From the NCBI RefSeq assembly GCF_964204645.1, contig NC_134028.1, positions 3,844,001 to 3,908,000 of the forward strand: DNA of 64,000 nt, read 5' to 3'. This document shows, in pieces, positions 1 to 14,060 of the stretch. A program made the translations under genes and the position numbers. How positions within the stretch are numbered: the stretch's first letter is position 1; each line of letters starts with the position of its first letter. This stretch comes from Tubulanus polymorphus. Taxonomy: Eukaryota > Animalia > Nemertea. Under the pieces are notes generated by a model that did no database searches, was not told the DNA's origin, and worked only from the letters and a program-made list of their open reading frames with translations.

Positions 1-1216
1 TTTCAGCCATTCCCGATTTCGTCTGAGACGTTCCGAGTGCTATTATCCATTCTCTCCGAGGCGCTAGCAATTGGTTTTTGCGGTCATCTTCGCCGAAATC
101 TTTCCTAAAATACCCTCGCGTCGGATGATGAACGAAGCATCTTTTTATTTCGGCATTTACATTTTCAAATACCCCAGCCCCCCACACTCTAGTTCTGGTG
201 AAGTTAACGATGATATCTGAGAGTAAATATAACCACTGGTCATCCATCTTCAGTAAGGCAAACAATTTCGAGATTGGTGTCTACTTGTACGTGCGTCTGG
301 CCAGTAAGTTATGATTGCCAAAACCGAACCACATGACTGATTCATCCGTTCTGGTAAATATATCTACGCATTCGCACTTATCATCTTTCATATGGTTAGT
401 TTTTAGTATTTTATCTAACGAAATCTATTTTCTCTGTATCAGAAATTATGGATGCAATTAATTTCGTTTTATTGCTATATAGAATTTCAACGTTTCGGGC
501 ATAAATTACCGACTGTTAGTCAGGTATTTCCGCAGCAAATACTGCAGTTTCGGACGTGATTAATACCGTACGCGCAACTGCGGCGTTAATTAACAAAAAA
601 AGGAAAGGCTGCATTTGCCACTCGAGAACAACAAACGAACTCCCGCGCGTTCTGTCGTTATATCATCAGATCGTCATCAATAACGACATAGTTTCGGCGC
701 TGATTGGAACCACTAGCAGAAGAAGAAGGCGTTAGCGAGAGCTGCTGCTTCGCATTCAAATGCCACGATTATCTGACTGGCGCTTATTAGCGAGAAACTC
801 TCCATTTCACAAACGAAAGCATTTAATGAGATTGCTGCAAGGTTTCTCAATGCTGTTGGCGGATCAATGTTCCCACTCATCACGTCGATGTCACCGTGAA
901 TGCAAGATCATCCACTACAATGTGTCTGTGTGTTCGACTAATCCGCCAGAACTGACAACTTAACTAAAGCCCATCAACACAAATTGATACGTATTATTGA
1001 AAGCCTTCTCGTGACGGAAGACACTTTGATTTCAGTAGGATTCTAGCGGATAAACGAAGGAAACTTAGTAATAACCTCACGTACTTTAACCACGAGAGTA
1101 GTATGTCTCGGAAACCCTATTCGTTTTGTGTCTTTCGACTAATTTCATTGTGAAAAGTTTCAATAAAGGGCAGTGTAGAGAGTTAGAGAAATAAATGAAT
1201 ACATTTTTAGCCACCA

Positions 1217-1362
1217 GGACCCAGTTCCACAGATTTGACGTTGTTAAAACATTGAAAATGAACTAATTTTAACTCAGAATATTAAGTCTAACACACAACT
1301 GTAAAACTGGATCCTGAGTTCTGAGTTAACTCTAACTCACAAACAACTGTGGAACTGGATCC
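1217..1362. mobile_element. MITE-like element with terminal inverted repeats
   Basis: Left end ggacccagttccacag (1217) vs right end ctgtggaactggatcc (ends 1362) is a 15/16 inverted match. An internal second right-end-like copy (ctgtaaaactggatcc) lies at ~1300-1315. Related sequence occurs at ~21521 and ~60529. Confidence 0.6.
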
Positions 1363-4300
1363 AGTATTTGAAGACCTGCTTTAGAAATATCTTACCAACG
1401 AGAGCGACAATTACGTCCTTAATGATAGTTGGATGAATCTACATCATCATCTATATTTGATGTATAGTTTATTGGTGTCCGAGGTCCAATTGATGGTTGA
1501 TTCGAGAGCATGGTCTCGTTCCTTTGCGGAGAAAACTTGTATGCTCAATTCAACGCTAAGTTATCTGGATTTTCTGAAATATTAGGGAACCCTTGGGAAA
1601 TCAATTCGCTTGTCGCTATTGATGTAGTTGATTGAGAACTGGGCTACAAGCTTCGATTGGCTTTGATCATCGTTTTGTTATTATTGAAAACTGGCCAAAT
1701 CCCTGTCAATCGTCTGGTAGTCCTACTGAGTCTGCAACATACATCATTCATTATTTCGTCTGCCTTTTTTTCTAATGCTACGAACGTCAATTCTCTCAAA
1801 GTAAACTAAGACCAAATTCATCATAAGTTTTTCGTCCGTTTGGATGTAAATTTAGACAAGTAATCAATACGATGTTGCATATATCGCTGCATTGGTTCGG
1901 ATCAGTAACTGCAGATAACTAGCAAACCGATAAGAGAAAAAAAACACTGATGAGATTGCGATGACGTTTGCTGTTTGATTTGAGAGTGGAGCTAGGGAGT
2001 GCCGTCATCTCCACGACACTTTTCACGAACATTATTTGCTTAATCAACGGTAACTAATTGAGATCTTTGTTCTGGATAACGACGTTAGCTTCGGGGAAGG
2101 AGGCTGACTATGCAACACTGATGGATGGGGGTCTATCTTCTTTAATGACGTGCATAAGATTTGACCGTGATGGCATGTGCGTCATCGCATATTCCACGTA
2201 GTTTTGTCAACGTTTCTATCCATCTCGTATTCAATCCATATATTGTTTATGGAATTTGTAGGAAATATATACCCTATAGCCTTTGGCAAATTCTGTAATG
2301 AGTTGCTTAGAAAGAAATTATCATTTCATCCGTGGAATTCACTAGGATATAAAAAAAATAGTGATACATTATCTTTGCCACCGTATTATACGGAGTGGTA
2401 TCGTATTGTTGTGATGACAGATTCAGGCAATAATCACGACAACGCCCTAATTCTCTCAGGAAAAAAGCCCCCGGGCTGGATTTCATTTAGTTGTCAATTG
2501 TTTGCTTCCATACGAAAAGATTATTTCCTGTAAACAGAAAACCCTTATATACAAACGAAAGAACACCCATAGGCGTCAATAAACGCGTTTCGTAAGTTAG
2601 TTTTTCAGGTATCTCTAACCGGAAGATCGCTCCTCCGTCGACACCGCTATCATCATACGCTTCGTACTCATTCGCAGTCTTGATATCCCGATGACTCACA
2701 CAATACGCTCGCTCGACACTTAATACTTCATTCATCGGTCAATTTTTGGTAAATGGATATTTATCAGGGATATTTATATTCCTCGTGAAGTTAACGAGAG
2801 TGACATTAGCCATCTTTACCGGCGAGGAAATGAAAGATCGCAAACGCGACCAGGATCGTGGCGAGTAGTTGCCCCATTGAGCTCTATTTGCTTGATTGAT
2901 AGCCGATAAGCCTGAAACATGATTTTATTATACATCATAGCCGGCGCGTTTTATTATAGACCAGATTCTCGCTTCATTTGTATGCGAGTTACTACGGTAT
3001 TATCCCCTGCAAGTCTTTTAATTAATTTCTCATAAAGCACGCGACGGTTAGTTAGCGGCATTGATTCGAGCGGTCGGCGATATTTCCGGGCAGTGGTGCG
3101 TGTAAAATGAGGACTGCGAAAAACGATTTAGCGAAACGCATGGTTTCTATCGCATTAAGAAATGGACAGACAAACAAGCTTAAACGGTCTGAGAATTGCC
3201 GACGCATGAGAGATTTTACTTAAACCATCGATCTTGCAGTGAGCGTTCACGTATACGATACCCGCAAATCGGTTATCAATAACTAAAACTGGAACATCGA
3301 AAAAGTTTTTCATAATAAAAAGAAAATCTACTACGAGATTTTGTCTCAGCTGCTCCAATTTAAAACAATCTACCTTTTAATTTTCACAGCTGCAGATAAT
3401 GATGATTTCTATCTGGTGTGAAAATTAACCTTTTCAAACAACTATCATCGAAATGTGAGATGATGTATTCTATGTAGACAGCTCTGATACGCAGTGGAAA
3501 GCTCTATATAAATAAATGAAATTAGAATTATCATTAGTTGATTGTCATTCGTTCTACGCACGAGAAATTCTTAGAACATTTTATTGAAGACCGTATCTTT
3601 CTATAAGCGACTCATCACAAACTCTAGCGCGAATATAAAGTACACTTAATCGAAATAATCTAAATTAGTTTTCCTAATGAAATACTGTCATTTCGAGCCA
3701 TCTCTTCCTCTCTTTCTCTCTTCGGTGAGATGTGATTCCTGTGATGATTCAACACAAATATCGCCGGAGTATTTTGTTCTGAAGTTTAAGGATCATTCTG
3801 GTAATGAGGCTGTGGGAACAAGCGTCTGCTGACGTTATTAGATGCGCACTTAACCGTTAACAGAATCCGGTCTTCCGAGTGGCTCCCAGTGGCGCGGGAT
3901 ATCGGCTAATAAAATCATACTCACCGACATCTTTTGCCAAAAAAAGTTTTACATCAGCAAAAAATCAACAAGAATCGGCCTGGTTTGGGAACGCCAGTTT
4001 TGGTCAGATTTCGATCGGTCTCTACTGATTTCGGAATTCTCCTCTGGCGCGTTCGTTTTGCCCAGAATACGCTCTACCTATTCCGGAATAGCATAATCTG
4101 TAAACCTGATTGAAGCGGCTGGTTGAGTTTTTTTATCAGGAATTGCTATGGAGTAAGTTCAATTAAAACACGCCTTGATAGAAGGCATCTGGTGGGAAAC
4201 ATTTGGAACAACGGGGAGCTATGGGATCGAAGATAAGGTGGTTAAATTTGATCAGTTGGGGTTCATCATTTCAAAGTTTGCCCGAAGTTGTTGTCAAACC

Positions 4301-7300
4301 CTTCACGTTACTCGCCTCACTGGTTTGAACCACGTCACCGCTGACAGGACTTGACTTCCTTCCGTCACAATGCGAGGAAATACGAAAATACGGATCAATC
4401 CACGCCATTCCCGCACTTTCTTCGCACCGAGCTAAACAATATTATCGTCAATTATTCAACATCATTGGCAAGGACAAATAATTCCTCATCGACCAGACGA
4501 AGCGGGCGCCATGAAAACCGGTGCGATTAGCATCTTTAATAATTCAGCCGCAGGTGTCGACATGTTATAGGTCAATTTACCGACATGCGCACAGCAGTGC
4601 TAGAACGAGCTTCGATCAACACTGCAGCAATTATACTGAATACCTGTGCAAGAATATTGATGATTACATGGTAACTCATTTTCTGAAATCGACAATTTTT
4701 CTATGAACTGCCTAGTGCATGAACATAGATCTTCGGCTATATTGGGCCAAACATCATGGATTTTCGGCCACAATTCAACCTTAAACGTTTTTTCTAACTA
4801 AACCAAATGGAATTCCTCGATATTCTACTCTGAAAGTATCATTTTGGCATAATTTGGTGTGTATTTCTACACTGCGGGTATTGTCCACGTGCATATCTGC
4901 TCGACTATTTCGGTGGATAAATAAGTAAAGCGATACTGAATCCGGAGTTCAATCTCTTTTATGTCTTGAAAATGAATGCGTGTCAAATGTAATGGTTTTA
5001 GATTTCCACGCGATGAAGTGTTATTCAATACCTGAAATCACTTAAGTTTCATCAAGCGGCTCCACAAACACGCACGTCACGAAATATACTGAAGTTTTTG
5101 ACTGCGTGATTTTATATGCATGTACCAATTGTTTATGAATTAGTGACTCAACTCCTGGTTAAAGAGCGATGCATTTTTGTTATTTTTCTTTAAAAAGAAT
5201 GGGAAAGTAAGCTTTAATCAATTACCGTTGACTGGCTTACGCATAATATGAGAACGTAGTGGTGAGTGTTTGCTTTTCTTGAGAGACTGCTGCCGTGGGC
5301 CACCTTTTGTAGCTCCAACTACTCGAGAACTCTCGTGGCGAATGGCGTGATAAGCTTTTGATTCGATTTAAGACACCGAGGTCCTTATCCTAGATTACGA
5401 GTCAGTCGAAGGCGAATAGAATCGAATCGTCGGCATTCATCAAGTGCGCGAGAGGAGTTTACAGAAGGCGGACTGGTAATTGGCTATATGTGAACGGTCC
5501 TTTCCACTCTCCGCGGTCTGACCGAGGAACCACGAACAACGGACACCGACATCATATTATTTCAACGTACGCGCAATAAACGCATCTGTCACAGTCTGGG
5601 CTCCGAGTGAGGGGACAATACTGGACAAAAACCCACATGACGCCATAATTGGTTTAACTCTTCGGGACATCGTGTTTGCAACGTCCGACTGGGAAAATTA
5701 CGGATAATTCCATTCGCGGTATAAGCAGCAAGGACACGCATGTTATTTGTAAATCAATTCCATCATTCATAAATCGGAATATGACAATATCGTAGATGGA
5801 TGCCTCGGGGTAGTCGCGGTGCATAGAAATTAACATGACCGAACAAGAAGCGATAGGCTCCTTACGAAAAATCTTGTAATCATTTGGTCGCTGCATTGAC
5901 TTTTTATTTCATTCCCGAACATTCAAAGAATACGATCGCCGCGTTGGTGTTCAGGAAATATTTCTAATGTTTTCCAAGGATAAGCTAGAATCAAGCAGAT
6001 CCGATTCCTCTCTTTTTACATTTCCACATACAATACGAATCATGCACAGATTCCCACTCACTCAGCCGTGTCATTTTGCATGATTCAGTTATCATCGAAT
6101 ACAAATGGCCTGAACTATAGAGTTTCATATCAATTTTACTTCAGCCTTAAGGTCATCATCTTTACATTCTCCGATTCTGATTTTTAAGATCAGAAATGGT
6201 ACGTAGGCAGGCGTTTCTTATTTGGTAAGGTAGCGTAAATGGCATAGCTTTAAAAAGTAGAAACGTCCATTATTGATTGAGATACAAAGGAAAACGAGTA
6301 CACGGTGAACTGCCTAACATGTCAACCTCCTGTTGTAAGACCGAGACCGAAATTCTTTTCGTAGAAATCTGAGTCAATGCGTCTGCGACATGCTGACATT
6401 TTCATACGAACCGGAAGCTAGTGCCTCGAATGGGGTACAAGCGCACACCAGATGGCGTAACACTAGACCGTTTTTTTTTCGTAGAGGACATTAGCTCGTT
6501 TTGCAATGAGATTTCAACTGCATTTTTAGGCCGATTATCATCAAACAAGTCATCGAATAGATACTAGATTCACTTTCGATTCACAAATGAGAAAAAAGTG
6601 ATTCGAATTCGTCTGAAATGCGGAGAAGAAAACGAAGCGACCCAGTAACCATCGCTTGCCTCAGTAGCGGTGCCGGTCCCACAGCTTAAGTTGCATAATA
6701 GAATTCATGCTACTGAAATTTTATACTATTGCACAATGTTACCGTATAAACCACGGTTCACGTTTACTTCGGTTTTTATCATTTCAGATTCGTTGTATCC
6801 TCCATATTGGTTATGGTAGCGCAGAGCGAGATTCAGCGTTTATGAATTCATTGGTTTTTCGACTTGAACGTCTTCCGTTGCACTTCAATAACTGCCGCAA
6901 GCGTCGAGTTAATAGCACACGAAGAGGGCATCAATTATAAGACGACGCAGCTTAAAATTCTGAAAAATGTTTCCCACCAAACACAAGTGCATTCATAAGA
7001 CGACGAACAGCACTCGACGGAACGGCAGATTTGTCAGACGATTAATGAAAATCGAGTACTAGAGCTGTTAATATCAATAATCTATTCAAATATTATGGTA
7101 TTTTCAAGTGCCCTTTTTGGTTTCTTGTGTTTGACAGATATTCTACGTTACGCCGATGAATCTACCCACACCATCCTAGAACGTTTCTTTGTCGTCTGCT
7201 GCGTGTTGTAACTGTAAACGAGAAACTCGTCGTATTGCGATATATAATATGTATTCAGTCTCGTTCGCCTCCGACTTTATGATTTATTTTTAATGTTGAA

Positions 7301-8507
7301 AAGGCCTTGAGGCTTCATCAGGTAGACTATGTATAGTCGATGAGTTTTCCGGAGGCCTGCGCCTTGTGGCGATCAGAGCGCATAGGTTTACAGCGTTTTA
7401 TTTTAAACGAAGATCCTACGCATTTCTTCTCTTTGTTGCCTACCACGTTACATGAATTTCCCTTTAGGAGGCGATCTTTCATGTCGCTTTTTTCATCATG
7501 CCGCAATTGAATTTCAAGACGAATTGGAAATTTGCCCAGTGTATTCTTCTGGAACTGATTCGGACAATCAAATACAGTATTATAACCCGTTACGTGAACT
7601 CGAAGGGAAGAGAATGGACGTCGACGCGGTATTGGTATGTAATGATGGGGATTTCATGCTTGATAGAAGCATATCTGGAGAGCATTTACTTCGTCAATGG
7701 TGATTCTGGATACGACAGATGGTCCAGGTCCCATCATGTCAGTCCACGTGTCTCGCACGAGACACGGGTGGTTTCATTTAATAGCTCCGCGTGTATATTG
7801 CTGAAACTAGTGGCAAAACTAAATCCGATAGTTCGATATACATCGAGCCGCGCAACATCGCATAACCAACAGACATAAATTCGACTGGAATCGACCGTCA
7901 CAAGTGACTCCATGCGTCTACTATAATATTAAACAACATTCGTGTAATGTAGGAATTAGTAGCAGTAGTAATTCGAAACCTCTTCTCATTATCAATTTCT
8001 CGTGGTTGCATAAATAAATAATTAACAACGCGATTCAAAAACTACGAAAAGTAAAACGTATACGCGGATGATTGAAAATAAGCCATTGAAATATGAATTG
8101 CGGCCCGCCCTATGCGTCCGCAATATCAAAAGATAAGTCATTTTTTATGCTGCAAAGTGTTAATCAGTTTGAGAGTGCTAAACAAAGGTTATGTAGTAGA
8201 TTGAGCTGTAAGACTTAATTGTGACTCTTCATATTACAAGCTTTGTATTAATAGTCGCGGATGGTGATGATATAGATATATCAATCGAAGAAGATGATAC
8301 TGTCTTATCTACCGAACCAATCAATACGGCTTCTAGTCATATCATATGTGAATATACCAAGAATTATGTAACAAGCAATTAGCTACCACCTTGTAAACTC
8401 CCGCGTAATGCCTTGAAACAATAGCAGGTATGCATCTATTAAAAACCCACGGAAGTCCATCAATGGTGTCTGGTAAAGTGTGACATATCACTCTGACCCT
8501 TGTACTA

Positions 8508-8755
<248 letters not shown>

Positions 8756-9773
8756 ATTAGATGTCTCCCTGGGGGATCTTTGATACTGATTGACAACAAA
8801 GAAAAGTGTAATAAGTATTTTCCGCATAGTCGAAAATGAAGGATTTGTCTGTGGACAATAAGCATTTCGATCTATGATGATCTCTATAATATCACGGAAC
8901 CTGGGAAAACATTGGCAAATGCTTTATGCATTCCGAGAGCAATTCGCTATAAATTCACGGCTTCAAAACCAAGCGGAAACTTCGCAGTTACGGGACTGGG
9001 AATAATGCGAATGAGAACTATTGAGACAGATTGCATGATATATCTGCTCAGGTTTATCAACGCGAATGAATAACTTGCAGTGTGACTCTTTGTGCGTTTG
9101 TGACAGACGCCAAGCAACCGATATTGACTGCCGATTGAAACCTCTTCCTCGCAAACAAGATTAAGCAAGTCCTCTGATGAAGATATAGCCCGTAGCTAAC
9201 CTTCATAATGACCAATTAGCACTTGATTGAGCAGTTCGTATATTTCATCATGGACCATGAAAGCCAATTTTCTATTTTACCGTCTGCCGTTACGAGTCTA
9301 CGTGCCCGACCGGCAAAACGGCAAAATTGCTCAGTCGAGATAAGAACGCGCGGACGCACGCACGAAACTAAGGTCCACTTCACAGGCAAGTTGGGAAAAA
9401 ATGACCGGCGCATTGTGCAGAATCGCCGCGGTGATTTAGTTATTATATCTACTATTACAGGGAACACTTCGCGAATTCTGCGTTGGTTAATGAGCGTAAA
9501 TGGACGCTCGCTGCGATCAAATCAGACCGAAATATGAACCCAATCAATGTCACGGAAAAAAATAGATTATTCACGCAATGACCACCGAATTGGATGCAGA
9601 TTTGTTATTTCGGACGACGCAACACCCCGACCTTTTCGACATAGTACTGAAAGAATGCGTTAATCGCTTGAGAATTGCGATAAAAACCAAATCGCTTTAG
9701 AGAAAGTTATCCTGATATTGGCCGATAAAGCACGTACATATCTGTATATAATTTATAGAAATAAGTTTGCATT

Positions 9774-9779
9774 TTTATT
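9774..9779 (-). promoter_or_regulatory. Candidate polyadenylation signal (AATAAA) ending a ~2 kb VAChT 3' UTR
   Basis: tttatt on + is AATAAA on minus, at the end of an AU-rich, UTR-like stretch (~9730-11839) after the VAChT stop. Other AATAAA sites also occur in that stretch. Confidence 0.35.
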
Positions 9780-10781
9780 TCCATATCATACACAATTTAC
9801 ATTATGCTCGAATATGCTAAACCCTACCGGATAGAAAATTTGACAGAGTTTATTAAGATAAGTCAAGTATAGCATTTATCAATAACATTTTTACTCTTGA
9901 TTTTTTTTCAATACGTACATTATACATATACATGTAGCAACTTACTCATTACTTCGTCTTTGTACACGGCATTATTATATATATATATATCTTATCACAC
10001 GAGGACTAAAAGGTTTTAATAGTCAACTATTAATATACAAAATTCATTACCTAATAACAATAATTTACGTATTTTTCATTTATCTAAATATCTACCGCCA
10101 ACTAATTAATTTACCATTGGTTATCATATTACATCCATATATTAGTAGCATTCGATTTTTTCGTCAATATCGTATTAATAAATAATATGATTAATTGTTA
10201 AAATCTATATCATCTCTATAGTAAGGTAGCGTATCACATTGGCGGCTTGGCGGCCGAGATAAGACTTTGAGTGGAGTGTTTAGAGCACGTTAACGAGTAA
10301 CAATGTCTAATTGCATCAATATTTATTATATCTATGTGTGCCTTCAGCATCGAACTACAAGAAGATCGCCGAATCTTCGTGGAAAATTACACCGTCTTTT
10401 TTTTTAGATTTTCGTGTAAAATTCCGTAGAAAATCTCACGACGCCAATAACACGAACATCAACAACAATATGTTTCGACTATTTCTCTATCGTTGTCCGG
10501 TCAAAACCGCGGATAACGCAACCATCGAATCGAACGCTAGAAACGACAACATCAACACGATCGTGAAATGTTTTCAGAATCTATAATATCGAAAACTCAT
10601 ACTCGTATCCGGCCTCTTTAGCCTCTTAATTAATAACAAATTCAATTTTAACAACTATACATAATATTCACACAACAAAACGATCTATCAATTTAACAGC
10701 GCTAGAATTCCCTTGTGAAACGCGCTGCAGTCAGTGAGCAGACGAAATGAAATTCAAACAAACGGTTTTTAATGGCGTACG

Positions 10782-10782
<1 letters not shown>

Positions 10783-10867
<85 letters not shown>
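10783..10867. repeat. (TA)n microsatellite, ~42 units, probably within the VAChT 3' UTR
   Basis: TA run seen directly. Confidence 0.98.
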
Positions 10868-10869
<2 letters not shown>

Positions 10870-11839
10870 CTGACGCAAAATTTTTTGAATACATTTGAAG
10901 TGTGCAACTGAATAATTCAGTAGGCTGTCATATCTTAACCGTATCATTCTCACACAATGGATGATAGTTAAATTCATTTCGTGTTTTCAAGTAATTGTAC
11001 GCACTGATGACGCTAGCGTACGTACGTTTATAGTTTCGATTTGAAATCGAACCTGTAAAGTTTCGTTAGAACTGTACAATAATTCAATTTGCTAGAAACG
11101 CTTATTTTTCCACGGCGAAGGCTGATTTGGCCGGCCGCACCTATCATCGACATAGCCGCCTCAATCATTACGGTGAAGTATTATTATTTTTAGACCACGG
11201 ATACATGTCATAATCCATTGTATAGATGCGATCCTAATTACCGTGCAAGGGGGTGAGTGACCCTGCTCCCCGGAGTAACGAAGCTAATATTCTATCGCAT
11301 ATTTCTCAGTAACTCATTTATTATGACATACAGTATATATGTATATACATCACCAGTGATTACGGTTTTATTTGTTTCTCTTGTTCTCATCACGAACCAT
11401 CGGCGATTTTCGTTAATGAATTGCTCTATGTATTTATCAATCTAATGCACTTCCCTGATTTCAACTGAATTCCTATACATGTATATCATCCGATATTTTA
11501 TAGCTTATATTATATAACTCTGATTTCTTCTTACAGGTAAAACAAAACTATAGAACCCAATATCAACGCTGATTTATGCAAATGAAGTCTTAACATCTCC
11601 GCTTAACCCTTTTCGACTGACCAATTACTCGCCTGATTCAGTGGGCTTTTCATACTTCAATCTATATTATATGAAGATTATTTTACTTTGAACTACACCT
11701 ATTGAGTCCGCGGCTCTCATCTTCAGCAGCAAAGACCCAAACTTAAGTTCGTTCAAATCTTCACCTTCGTTCATACTACATTTTCTAAGACTTTCTATAA
11801 GTTGGGTCATGATTTAACTTTATTGTCCCAATGTCATTG

Positions 11840-13606
11840 TCAATAATCAGAGTCAGACGATTCCATGATTTTGCGCGAATCTTGAGCGCGTTCTCGGTAG
11901 CTGGGATTTTTAACGGAATTACGATAGTTAACCGAATTCTGATTACCGATCGCGTTGTTTTGCGGTTGTTGTTGCTGTTGATAGAACGGGTTGGTGACCT
12001 CGTTCATAGGTGGCGCTGATGGTTTGGTCATGTCGTTCTGCACTAAATGGTTGTTCATTTCCGGCGCGTCGATTTCTTTCGGTTCGATGCCGCCGTTGAT
12101 GTTGTTCATCTGGTAAGTTTTGTATTTCTGTCCAGGTGGATAGTCATCCACCAGAACGGTCTCTTCATTGTCGAATGGTTTATACGTGTAAATCGTCTTC
12201 AGGAACACCAACAACGGAGCGTAGAGTATGTTACTCAAGAAGATGCCGACGTTGAGCCACACAAATCCAATCGAATGAACGATCGATCCGGCTACTATAG
12301 GTCCGAACGCGTATGCTAATGAGTAAGATATGTCCGCAATTGCGTAAACACTGCCGTAAATGGACACGTGGCGGACATCCACTAAGTATCCAAGTGTGGG
12401 CAGCAAGGCCGTGTCAATGAGAGCGATACCGAAACATATACTACATATAGGAAGCATCAGCACGCCGAAAGTCTTGCAGAACGGTATCATGAGACAAGAT
12501 ACTCCCTCCATTGAAAGTCCTATCGCGGCGATAAGCCACTGGTATTGCGGGTGGGACCTGGCCATTTTGACCGTCATGTAAACACCGACGACATGCGGTA
12601 TGAACGCCGGCAACCAGATCAAACCCATTTCCCATTCGGATGCGTCCATCGTGTCCTTCATCCAGATAGCTATCGTCGGTTCGAGAAACGCTAGGGATAC
12701 GTTAGCCATGGCCAGTGCACCGGCAGCTATCGCGATAAAAGGATCCATTAACAAACGGTATATCGGCGTTCCTCGCGGTATGTCGTCTTTCATTTCACGT
12801 CTCAACTTTCGAACAGGTTTGAACACGAAGAACAACATCAACCCGTCGACCAGCGCTATCGATGCCAAAATCAAAAACGGTACCTTTTTACCGGCAAACT
12901 GGTAGAGGACGCCGCCGAAAGGTGGTGCCACCAGACATCCGAACGATATGAACGCTAAAGCGATACCTAACGCCAGAGATCTTTCCCTTTCTTCGGTATA
13001 TCTGTCGGCGATCATCGCCAATCCGGAGGTGTCGGCGAACGCCGAGCCCAATCCTTGTAAACTTCGCGCCAGGAACAATATCGCGTAACTTTCACCGAAT
13101 GCGAACACGGACGTGGACAGAAACATTATCCCTAAACCAATCATCATTGGAAAATCGTAGCCGATTCTGTCGATGAGATGACCCGTAAATGGATTGACGA
13201 GCAGTTGCAGAATAGCTTTTGAAGCGAATAGTACACCGATCGCGCTATCTTCGTTATCGTATTCGGCCACCATGAAAATGGATTTATGCACCCTGTAAGA
13301 TGTATAATTCACCCACGTGTAATCGAACGAGCCCGAAATATTTTCATAAGTTCTGTTGTATTCAATTGTGATATTAGTTATATTCGTCGTCCCTTTATCG
13401 ATTGTAGGCGAACCCCAGGCGTTGATGCTGCGCAGATAATCAGGAATGATCGGCACTATGACCATATACAACATATTATCCAGTAGCAAAGCGACGCATA
13501 CTATGACCAGCACCAGGCGGCGCTGAGATTTAGGTTCGTAGATTTTCTTGTCGAGAATTTCGCGGATTTCCGACAGGTCTTTATTAATGAACGGTATCAC
13601 CGGCAT
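11840..13606 (-). CDS. VAChT: Vesicular acetylcholine transporter (SLC18A3/unc-17 orthologue), 588 aa, intronless CDS
   Basis: Diagnostic VAChT motifs [89 protein letters not shown] and [30 protein letters not shown] 12-TM hydrophobic pattern. Luminal loop 1 has five N-x-S/T sites (NIT, NIT, NRT, NIS, NYT). Confidence 0.98.
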   Translation of the reverse strand: MPVIPFINKDLSEIREILDKKIYEPKSQRRLVLVIVCVALLLDNMLYMVIVPIIPDYLRSINAWGSPTIDKGTTNITNITIEYNRTYENISGSFDYTWVNYTSYRVHKSIFMVAEYDNEDSAIGVLFASKAILQLLVNPFTGHLIDRIGYDFPMMIGLGIMFLSTSVFAFGESYAILFLARSLQGLGSAFADTSGLAMIADRYTEERERSLALGIALAFISFGCLVAPPFGGVLYQFAGKKVPFLILASIALVDGLMLFFVFKPVRKLRREMKDDIPRGTPIYRLLMDPFIAIAAGALAMANVSLAFLEPTIAIWMKDTMDASEWEMGLIWLPAFIPHVVGVYMTVKMARSHPQYQWLIAAIGLSMEGVSCLMIPFCKTFGVLMLPICSICFGIALIDTALLPTLGYLVDVRHVSIYGSVYAIADISYSLAYAFGPIVAGSIVHSIGFVWLNVGIFLSNILYAPLLVFLKTIYTYKPFDNEETVLVDDYPPGQKYKTYQMNNINGGIEPKEIDAPEMNNHLVQNDMTKPSAPPMNEVTNPFYQQQQQPQNNAIGNQNSVNYRNSVKNPSYRERAQDSRKIMESSDSDY

Positions 13607-14060
13607 GTTGATGGCTGTTCGTCAAATCTATTTAATCCTTTCGGTAAATTAACGGTTGAATGTCAGCACAATTTCAGCGGACAATATCCTCGGGCGATTT
13701 TGATAATAGTGCTCCCTATAAAGTCAGCGCGTACATCATCTGTAACAACACGTCGGCATGATTCATTCACTGCGCGCTCAAGCACTGTTCCTCCGAATTC
13801 TACCGTTTTGAAAGTACCTCCGAATTTAATCCAAATACATGCAGTTTGTTCGGAAAACAAAAAGTCAATTGTTTTTCTAGAGTTTCGTGTGTTTTTTTTA
13901 TTGTTTTATACGCACTTTTATAATCCACGTCTGTGTTCGGTTTTCGGTGACCTTGACCGGTAGACGATGGCGTCACAGGTTCGTTTCTTGTTTCTTGGTT
14001 GTTTCTTGTTCGGCTGCTCTTCCGTCTTGTGGTTCGACAGCTCACGTCCCTTTAAAGAGC
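13607..14060 (-). promoter_or_regulatory. Putative VAChT 5' UTR with a short intron and upstream non-coding exon/promoter
   Basis: Minus-strand acceptor gtgttgttacag| opens an exon at 13739. Weak donor candidates near 13950-13960. Purine-rich leader 13960-14030 and a TTTAAA TATA-like element at ~14051-14056. Confidence 0.35.

Noticed and set aside
2487-2735. 82-aa minus-strand ORF considered as a ChAT exon
   Set aside because: No choline/carnitine acyltransferase motif and no convincing splice boundaries.
11831-13486. Plus-strand ORFs overlapping VAChT (also those within 56695-58191 and 53744-54360)
   Set aside because: Antisense or alternative-frame shadows of real coding sequence.
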